Source of the DNA: a virus
DNA: 33,706 nt
Virus record (IMG/VR): IMGVR_UViG_3300045988_059196
Strand: one strand, 5' to 3'
This document shows positions 28,027 to 33,706 of this stretch, in pieces (the stretch's first letter is position 1; every line of letters starts with the position of its first letter). The position numbers and the translations under genes are program-made. The notes beneath the pieces are model-generated. The model did not search any database. It was given only the letters and a program-made list of their open reading frames with translations, and was not told the origin of the DNA.

Positions 28027-28236
28027 ATGAGCAAAATTCTGCAACTCGTACTGCCGTTCTGGGTCATGGCCCGGAAATACGCAAAGTCCTACACCGACTC
28101 GCGCATGACCGGGCTGGTGGGGCTTGCCTACGGACTGACCCTTGAAAACGGGGTGATGAAAATGACCGTGTATGACAGTCGTGCCATCACGGCATCCCTC
28201 GCAAACGGCACATTCATCCTGAACAACCAGCAGTAA
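28027..28236 (+). CDS. Hypothetical protein (69 aa)
   Basis: RBS TAAGGAGG upstream of ATG 28027. Confidence 0.5.
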   Translation: MSKILQLVLPFWVMARKYAKSYTDSRMTGLVGLAYGLTLENGVMKMTVYDSRAITASLANGTFILNNQQ

Positions 28237-28255
28237 GAACGGAGGGAAAAGAACT

Positions 28256-29155
28256 ATGGCAAACTACGTTGACCGAATCAGCCTGAACGGCAATACCGCG
28301 GACATCATCGGCATCTCGAACGATGGTTACTACCCCGGTGTTGACCTGACGGTGAAGCACGCGGAAGAAATCGCGAGCTATGACAACGTGTGGGCGTGGA
28401 TTAAGGCGCGCATTACGGCGGGTAACTACTCGCAGATCCATGTGGCAGACTACATCCCCTTCACCACTTCCAACAATCGCGTTTTCAATGCGCAGGTCGC
28501 GGGTATCAACCCGTACACGGGCTATGGTGCAACGGAACTCGGCAACCACATCGACTTCATTACCCGTGAGCTGTGGCCGGAGACGTTCCAGATGAACCTT
28601 GTCAACATCAACAACGGTACGTCTGAAACGCTGAAAGACCCGTGGCGCGCAAGCAACGGCTATCTGTTCGTCAACTCTCTGGCGGGGCAGGTTCCCAACA
28701 GCACGACCAAACCGATTGAAATGGTGGACAAGGACTATACGGCGGACGGTATTTACTACTACCTGCCCGATGCGCTGAAAAGCGTTATCGCGGACAAGTT
28801 GATTTATACGCAGACACGCTATCACGAGAGCAACGTCCTTTCCACCGACAACGAAAAGCTGTGGACGAACGTAGGTAAGCTGTGGCTCCCCGCTGAGTTT
28901 GAAGTCATGGGCGCCAAAATCATGACTACGACGGGATGGACGGCTGGCAACGAAATCCAGTATCCGCTTTTCGCTCACAATATGAACCGCGTCAAGCGCG
29001 TTCAGGGCAGTAACTCGCGGGGCAACTGGTGGTTGGCTTCTGCTTATAGCGGCGCCGCCACCTACTTCGTGTATGTCAGCAACTACGGCTACACGACCAA
29101 CAACAGCGCATCCGGCGCGAATCGCGCCCCCATCTGCTTCCGAATTTCCGGCTAA
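28256..29155 (+). CDS. DGR variable (target) protein; C-type-lectin-fold C-terminus expected; probable receptor-binding protein
   Basis: 299 aa. The C-terminal 43 codons overlap VR (NWWLASAYSGAATYFVYVSNYGYTTNNSASGANRAPICF). Located in the tail fibre module. RBS ACGGAGGG. Confidence 0.88.
   Translation: MANYVDRISLNGNTADIIGISNDGYYPGVDLTVKHAEEIASYDNVWAWIKARITAGNYSQIHVADYIPFTTSNNRVFNAQVAGINPYTGYGATELGNHIDFITRELWPETFQMNLVNINNGTSETLKDPWRASNGYLFVNSLAGQVPNSTTKPIEMVDKDYTADGIYYYLPDALKSVIADKLIYTQTRYHESNVLSTDNEKLWTNVGKLWLPAEFEVMGAKIMTTTGWTAGNEIQYPLFAHNMNRVKRVQGSNSRGNWWLASAYSGAATYFVYVSNYGYTTNNSASGANRAPICFRISG
29016..29143 (+). repeat. DGR variable region (VR)
   Basis: 128-nt match to 29701-29828 (offset 685). 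12 mismatches, all opposite TR adenines. Invariant 3' segment gcgaatcgcgcccccatctg (IMH candidate). Confidence 0.92.
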
Positions 29156-29165
29156 TCCGAAACAA

Positions 29166-29192
29166 TCCCGCCGCCCCTTGTGGGCGGCGGGA
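29166..29192 (+). promoter_or_regulatory. GC-rich hairpin downstream of VR (DGR target-recognition cruciform candidate, or a terminator)
   Basis: tcccgccgccc / gggcggcggga, perfect 11-bp stem with 5-nt loop, 22 nt after the VR homology ends. No T-run follows. Confidence 0.6.
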
Positions 29193-29209
29193 ATACAGGA
29201 GGAAAACCA

Positions 29210-29662
29210 ATGAGTAGTGTGCTTGCCCGCAAGCGCGGCATATCCAGCATGGAGTTTTATCGCGTGTGCGGCGAATTGAGAACCGTTTTAATCGCGGCGC
29301 TGATGAACGAAAACATCACCCCTAAGCGCTGGCGGCCCATCTTCACGTTCCCCATATCGGCTATGCTGGATGATCTTTTCGGGCATCTAATCGCGGCGAA
29401 TGGCATTTACACAAATACGCCGGAGGCCGTGGCGGAACGGCGGCGCTATCAGCGGTACGCACTCAATGACCTTGAGCGTATTGATGATAAACTGCAAGAA
29501 CTTCTGACGCAGCTTTACTTCGGCAAAATTGATGCAGATCATCCTATGCCTCACGCGCTTGAAACAGCCGGGGACTTAATCGACCGCGCTGACATGCTGA
29601 TTAAAGCGTGGCGCCGAAGCACCAAGCTCATCGTGTCAACCTCGAAAACGGAAAACCAGTAA
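29210..29662 (+). CDS. avd: Accessory variability determinant (Avd-like helical bundle protein)
   Basis: 150 aa, basic and helical, located between the target gene and TR as in canonical DGRs. RBS AGGAGGA upstream of ATG 29210. Confidence 0.7.
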   Translation: MSSVLARKRGISSMEFYRVCGELRTVLIAALMNENITPKRWRPIFTFPISAMLDDLFGHLIAANGIYTNTPEAVAERRRYQRYALNDLERIDDKLQELLTQLYFGKIDADHPMPHALETAGDLIDRADMLIKAWRRSTKLIVSTSKTENQ

Positions 29663-29700
29663 ATTCTCACGGGTTATGTCCTGCAAATCGTTTTGTTTCC

Positions 29701-29828
29701 CGCGGAGCAACTGGTGGTTGGCTTCTGCTTATAGCGGCAACGCCACCAACTTCGTGAATGTCAGCAACAACGGCTACACGAACAACAACAACGCATCCAA
29801 CGCGAATCGCGCCCCCATCTGATTCCAA
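29701..29828 (+). repeat. DGR template repeat (TR)
   Basis: Non-coding copy of VR. By hand count, 36 adenines, concentrated in ten AAC/AAT codons in the VR frame. 12 of them differ in VR. Confidence 0.92.
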
Positions 29829-30044
29829 CGGTTCATCCCGGCCAGACCGAGTAAGCCCGCACAGGCCGAAAGCCGCGCCGATGTTTTTGTTTGGAAGGAG
29901 GACTTAACCCTCCCGCGGGAATGCGGGTAAATACATACCAGCGGTATCTCTCTGGCCGATACCGCGACGTTCGACGCGGCTGCCCGGACGCTTCTTGCAT
30001 GGCACGGGATGGTGACATAGGCGAAGGAATCTAAGCCAAGTACC
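29829..30044 (+). ncRNA. Putative spacer segment of the DGR RNA (between TR and the RT ORF)
   Basis: Non-coding and hairpin-rich (for example gcggtatc 29941-29948 / gataccgc 29958-29965). Called by analogy to the BPP-1 TR-Sp RNA. Boundaries unknown. Confidence 0.35.
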
Positions 30045-31280
30045 GTGTTTCATGAGCAGTCCGCTGTGGAGTACACAACGCACCACTATAACAACACTCT
30101 GCGAGGTATCGAAGTGACCAGTATTGAACGACATGAAGCGCGGTATCGTCGCCGCGTGGCAAAACGCACAGCAAAACGCAGAGCCTTTGCCGAAAAGTAC
30201 GATGATTTTGAACGAGTTACAAGCGTTAGCGCCCTCATCAAGGCACATTGGGAATCGAGAAGGGGCGTTATGTGGAAAGCGTCTGTTGTAAGATACGACG
30301 CACATTTCTTCCGCAACGCCAGACGGGCGAGTCACGCCCTGCGCGCTGGAAAAGATGTGCGCATGGGCTTCTACAACTTTTGCGTAGTGGAGCGCGGAAA
30401 GCCGCGGGACATCCACAGTCTGCATTACGCAGAACGGGTAATCCGACGTGCGGTCTGCATTAACGCTCTTGTCCCGCTGCTTTCTCATAACCTGATATAC
30501 GATAACGGCGCAAGCCTGAAAGGCAAAGGAACCGCATTCCATATCAAGCGTTGTGAAGAGCAACTGCGCCGCTACTACCGGCTGACGGGCAGCAATAACG
30601 GCTACGTTCTGATTATCGACTTCCGTAAATTCTTTGACAACATTCAGCACGGACCTGTGTTTGACATCTACGATAAATACATTCAGGATCCGCGCTTGAA
30701 CTACCTGTGCAAGAGCTTTGTTGCGGCGACGGGCTCCAAGAGCCTTTACATCGGCCCGGAGGACAGCCAAATCACCGCCGTTTCTTACCCTAATAACATC
30801 GACCACAAAATCAAGGACGCATGGGGCTGTGAGAATTATAGCCGCTACATGGATGACTCAGAGCTTGTGCTGAACAACAAGGAAGCGCTGAAAAAGCGGC
30901 GCGACCAGCTCTTTGAAGAATTTGCGAAAAAGGGCATTATTCCGAACCCCAAAAAGACGCAGATCATCAAACTAAGCCGGGGATTTACCTTCCTGAAAAC
31001 GCAGTTTTTCCTCACCGACACCGGCAGGGTTGTCAAAAAGCCCTGTCATGGCAGCGTCAACGTAGAGCGCCGGAAGCTAAGAGCCTTTCGGCGCTTTTAC
31101 GATGCCGGAGAAATGACGCTCGATGACATAGAGCGCTCTTACATGTCATGGCGCGGCATTTTCAAGGGAAAAGACGCGCACACCGTCCTGAGATCGGTCG
31201 ATCTGCTTTACTTTGACTTGTTCGCGGTTAAGCCGTGGATTAGTAAAAACCAACGTCGAAAGGAGAATCATCATGTCTGA
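30045..31280 (+). CDS. DGR reverse transcriptase
   Basis: ERGKPRDIHSLHYAERVIRRAV, IIDFRKFFDNI, YIGPEDSQ (the DGR-type [ILV]GxxxSQ motif) and YMDD. Start uncertain: GTG 30045 or GTG 30114; the first in-frame ATG is at 30270. Confidence 0.9.
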   Translation: MFHEQSAVEYTTHHYNNTLRGIEVTSIERHEARYRRRVAKRTAKRRAFAEKYDDFERVTSVSALIKAHWESRRGVMWKASVVRYDAHFFRNARRASHALRAGKDVRMGFYNFCVVERGKPRDIHSLHYAERVIRRAVCINALVPLLSHNLIYDNGASLKGKGTAFHIKRCEEQLRRYYRLTGSNNGYVLIIDFRKFFDNIQHGPVFDIYDKYIQDPRLNYLCKSFVAATGSKSLYIGPEDSQITAVSYPNNIDHKIKDAWGCENYSRYMDDSELVLNNKEALKKRRDQLFEEFAKKGIIPNPKKTQIIKLSRGFTFLKTQFFLTDTGRVVKKPCHGSVNVERRKLRAFRRFYDAGEMTLDDIERSYMSWRGIFKGKDAHTVLRSVDLLYFDLFAVKPWISKNQRRKENHHV

Positions 31281-31539
31281 TACCACAAACAACACTCAGA
31301 ACTCCACCAACGCACTGGGCGAAATCACCGCCCTCAAATCGCTGCTCGCTGACAGCGATTACAGCATCCTCAAAACCCTTGAAGGTCTGCTGTCCTGTAC
31401 CAGCGCCACCGGCATCATTGCCTTTTTGAAGGATGTGACCGCCGACATCAAGGACATTGCGACCAAGCGCGCTGAGTGGCGGGCGCGTATCAACGAGCTC
31501 GAAGAGCAGTTTCCTGACCTCGCCAAGGGCGGCAACTAA
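31273..31539 (+). CDS. Hypothetical protein (88 aa)
   Basis: RBS AAGGAGA upstream of ATG 31273, overlapping the RT stop. No recognisable motif. Confidence 0.55.
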   Translation: MSDTTNNTQNSTNALGEITALKSLLADSDYSILKTLEGLLSCTSATGIIAFLKDVTADIKDIATKRAEWRARINELEEQFPDLAKGGN

Positions 31540-31575
31540 TACGCCAGTCAGCCGCACAAACGGAGGTGATGAACC

Positions 31576-32619
31576 GTGCGGCAACTGATTATCTATCGGC
31601 GCTTCTTCACGAACGCGGATTGCTATACCCGCGGTACGAAGCAGACCTCAGTCGGGGTTCAGGTACACAGTACGGGGGCGAACAACCCGTATCTGAAACG
31701 CTACGTTCAGCCGGACGACGGGCGGCTGGGCAAGAACACCAACGGCAACTCGCACAACCGCAAAGGGCTGAACGTGTGCGCATCCGCATACATCGGCAAG
31801 CTGGCGGACGGTACGGTGGCGGTCTATCAAACTCTCCCGTGGAACTATCGCTGCTGGCTGTCCGGCAGCGGTACGAACGGAAATGCCAACAAGCTCGGCT
31901 ACGTTGGTTTTGAAATCTGCGAGGACAACAAAAAGGATGAAGCGTACTTTCAAGCGGCGGTCATGGGCGCGGCAGTCAATCTGACTGCGCACCTGTGTAC
32001 GCTGTTCGGTACGACCCCGCAAGCCGTCGTTCGCGGCTTTTCGCAAGGCGCGGCGCTGGCAGTCATGGATCACCGAGAGCTGAACAGCCGCAAGCTGGCG
32101 AGCAATCATGGCGACATCCTGCACTGGTCCCGTCTGTACGGCGTGACGATGGACACGTTCCGCGCCGCCGTTGAGGAGGCTATGCGGGAGGGCGTGAGTG
32201 TGACGTACATCGACTGTGACAGCGGCAAAGCTGAAACCGTCGAAGGTCAACCCAACGAGAACGAAAGCGAGGTGAGTCCCTTGTATCAAGCAAAAGTGAC
32301 CTGTCCGGGCAGTTATCTCAACATCCGGGCGGCCAAAGGCAAAAACGCAACCGCACTGGGACGGGTAAACCGCGGTGAGACCGTGGACGTGCTGGACGAT
32401 GCAGACACGGCATGGTGGCGGGTGTGCTACGGCGGCGTGACCGGCTATGCTATGACGGGCGATAACGGCGAAACCTATCTTACCCGCATCAACGCAGAGG
32501 AAGCGCCGGGAAAAACGGAAGAGGACGAAGCTACACGCGGGGACGGAGAAAAAATCGAAATCAGCCGGACGGAGCTTGAAAACCTCTATGCCCGCATCGG
32601 CGAAATTCTGGGGGTGTAA
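31576..32619 (+). CDS. Endolysin: N-acetylmuramoyl-L-alanine amidase (Amidase_2/PGRP-like) plus SH3 domain
   Basis: GVQVHSTG, GFEICED and DHRELN...HGD are zinc-amidase motifs. The SH3-like segment is YLNIRAAKGKNATALGRVNRGETVDVLDDADTAWWRVCYGGVTGYAM. GTG start with CGGAGGTGA. Confidence 0.85.
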   Translation: MRQLIIYRRFFTNADCYTRGTKQTSVGVQVHSTGANNPYLKRYVQPDDGRLGKNTNGNSHNRKGLNVCASAYIGKLADGTVAVYQTLPWNYRCWLSGSGTNGNANKLGYVGFEICEDNKKDEAYFQAAVMGAAVNLTAHLCTLFGTTPQAVVRGFSQGAALAVMDHRELNSRKLASNHGDILHWSRLYGVTMDTFRAAVEEAMREGVSVTYIDCDSGKAETVEGQPNENESEVSPLYQAKVTCPGSYLNIRAAKGKNATALGRVNRGETVDVLDDADTAWWRVCYGGVTGYAMTGDNGETYLTRINAEEAPGKTEEDEATRGDGEKIEISRTELENLYARIGEILGV

Positions 32620-32622
32620 CTG

Positions 32623-32985
32623 ATGGACACAACCATCGTGAACCTGTCCAATTTTGAGACCACCATCCTCTTTGTTCTGGGGGCTTTGGGCGTTCTTGTG
32701 GCAGTAGATAAGGGTGTGGAGGCTTTCCGCCACCTTTTCCTGCGCCGCCGCTCCGGGCAGGAAGCAAGCCAAAACGACCGGCTGAACCATGTGGAGCGCG
32801 TGGAGGCGGCGCATCAAACCCGCCTCGATGCCGGAGACAGGAAGTTTGACAGACTGTCTGCGGATATGGCACAACTGCTCAAAGTGCAGAACGCACTTTT
32901 GATGCACGAGATCACGGGAAACGGCATTGAAAAGCTGAAAACCGTGAAATTGGAACTCGATACCTACCTGACAACCAGAGATTGA
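32623..32985 (+). CDS. Membrane-anchored coiled-coil protein (holin-like or lysis accessory)
   Basis: Single N-terminal TM (TTILFVLGALGVLVAV) followed by a charged helical region. Directly follows the endolysin gene. Confidence 0.45.
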   Translation: MDTTIVNLSNFETTILFVLGALGVLVAVDKGVEAFRHLFLRRRSGQEASQNDRLNHVERVEAAHQTRLDAGDRKFDRLSADMAQLLKVQNALLMHEITGNGIEKLKTVKLELDTYLTTRD

Positions 32986-32999
32986 AAGGAGAATGACTC

Positions 33000-33389
33000 A
33001 TGAAGATCATGAAGAAGCTGTTTACCCTGCTGATGCTGACCCTGTTTCTGGTGCTGGCTGCTGTCCCCGTCATGGCTCTGGCGGAGGGCGAAACCGCCGC
33101 CGCAACTCCGACCGAACCGCTGACGTGGGCATACCTTGCCACCATCGCGGGCGCGGCCACCTTCACACTGCTTGTCGTGCAGCTTTTCAAGGTTCCGCTG
33201 GACAAGGTTTGGAAGATTCCTACCAGAGTATTTGTGTATATCGTTTGCCTCGCTACCATGCTGCTTGCGACAGCCTTTACCACCGGTCTGACCGTCGAAA
33301 AGGCCGCGCTGGCAGCCCTGAACGCTGTGCTTGCCACCTTTACCGCTATGGGAGAGTATGAAATCACCTTTGCCAAACTGAACAAGTAA
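33000..33389 (+). CDS. Putative holin (multi-TM membrane protein)
   Basis: Three hydrophobic segments (LFTLLMLTLFLVLAAVPVMALA, YLATIAGAATFTLLVVQLF, VFVYIVCLATMLLATAF). RBS AAAGGAGA. Located in the lysis cassette. Confidence 0.55.
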   Translation: MKIMKKLFTLLMLTLFLVLAAVPVMALAEGETAAATPTEPLTWAYLATIAGAATFTLLVVQLFKVPLDKVWKIPTRVFVYIVCLATMLLATAFTTGLTVEKAALAALNAVLATFTAMGEYEITFAKLNK

Positions 33390-33398
33390 TGCTTATGA

Positions 33399-33434
33399 GC
33401 GCCCCGTCGAAATTGGCGGGGCGCGTTTTTTTTT
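33399..33434 (+). terminator. Strong rho-independent terminator ending the long + strand gene series
   Basis: gcgccccg / cggggcgc stem followed by a run of nine T. Confidence 0.85.
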
Positions 33435-33447
33435 GTGCCGTGAAAAT

Positions 33448-33660
33448 GGTAACATTCTCCCCCAAAAAGCGGGAACATTCTCGGAAAAGTGGTAACAATC
33501 TATGGGAACAATCTTTTTTATGTTACCAGCGAGTGGGAACATTCAATTTTTTCCAATTTGAGAATGTTCCCGCGAATGTTACCAAGAATGTTACCAGAAA
33601 AAATCCCAAAACCCTTGAAAAATAAGACTTTTTAAGTGAGTGGTAACATTGGAACATTCT
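33448..33660. repeat. Iteron-like array: 11 copies of GG(T/G)AACA(T/A)TCT in both orientations (the last two lie within the terminal repeat, also at 15-33)
   Basis: Forward copies at 33448, 33471, 33491, 33504, 33535, 33642, 33651. Inverted copies at 33520, 33560, 33574, 33586. 33535-33544 and 33562-33571 form a 10-bp palindrome pair around a 17-nt AT-rich core. Confidence 0.85.
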
Positions 33661-33706
33661 TTCCTAATAGACTTTACACATATGGGCGTTAGGGGCGCGC
33701 GCGAAA
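33628..33706. repeat. Direct terminal repeat, copy B
   Basis: Exact 79-nt match to positions 1-79. Confidence 0.95.

Larger units (their letters stand above)
28256..31280 (+). mobile_element. Diversity-generating retroelement cassette (target gene with VR, avd, TR, RT)
   Basis: Canonical BPP-1-like order. Adenine-specific VR/TR mismatches. RT carries YMDD and IGxxxSQ motifs. See the component features. Confidence 0.93.

Noticed and set aside
29920-30033. Small ORF (37 aa) in the TR-RT spacer, downstream of GGAAGGAGGA
   Set aside because: The SD-like sequence is about 17 nt from the ATG, which is too far. It is itself part of a predicted hairpin, and the region more likely acts as RNA.
29904-30806. 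300-aa minus-strand ORF across the TR-RT spacer and RT gene
   Set aside because: The + strand frame carries unmistakable RT motifs (YMDD, IGxxxSQ). The antisense frame has no motifs.
31273-31539. HRDC-type DGR accessory protein downstream of the RT
   Set aside because: The sequence does not resemble the HRDC consensus as I recall it. It is left as hypothetical.
31566-31913. 115-aa alternative-frame ORF at the endolysin 5' end, and the 122-aa ORF at 32993-33361 overlapping the holin gene
   Set aside because: The competing frames carry clear amidase motifs and TM helices respectively. The alternatives are Arg/Gly-rich with no motifs.
33448-33660. Possible CRISPR array
   Set aside because: The repeats are only 10-12 nt, occur in both orientations with irregular short spacing, and no cas genes are present. 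An iteron or operator array fits better.

Overview
The window is one complete phage genome with a siphovirus-like layout. The first 79 nt recur exactly at 33628-33706, giving a circular or terminally redundant unit of 33627 bp. All convincing genes are on the + strand, GC is high and Shine-Dalgarno sites are strong (GGAGG). With an amidase+SH3 endolysin and no spanins, this suggests a Gram-positive (Clostridia-like) host, which is inference. Gene order: VRR-NUC nuclease, SNF2 helicase, sigma-like regulator, DUF4417 protein, then two ADP-ribosyltransferase-like genes each followed by a tiny lysine-rich ORF. Next come terS and terL, then a 2.2-kb promoter-bearing insert (secreted protein, small membrane protein, ribbon-helix-helix protein, Bro-N antirepressor). 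Then portal, Mu-F/gp7-like minor capsid, scaffold, major capsid, four neck proteins, major tail protein, two chaperones, a 1382-aa tape measure, tail tip proteins and a fibre. A complete diversity-generating retroelement (target gene with VR, avd, TR, RT) follows, then endolysin and holin-like genes, then a non-coding array of GG(T/G)AACA(T/A)TCT repeats. The DGR is the strongest finding: a 128-nt VR/TR pair differs at 12 positions, all of them TR adenines. Also notable are the duplicated ART plus lysine-rich ORF pairs, the P22 immI-like RHH/antirepressor insert between terminase and portal, the repeat array, and the absence of any recognisable integrase, CI-type repressor, replication initiator, polymerase or primase. 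All family assignments come from motif recognition by eye; no database search was run.
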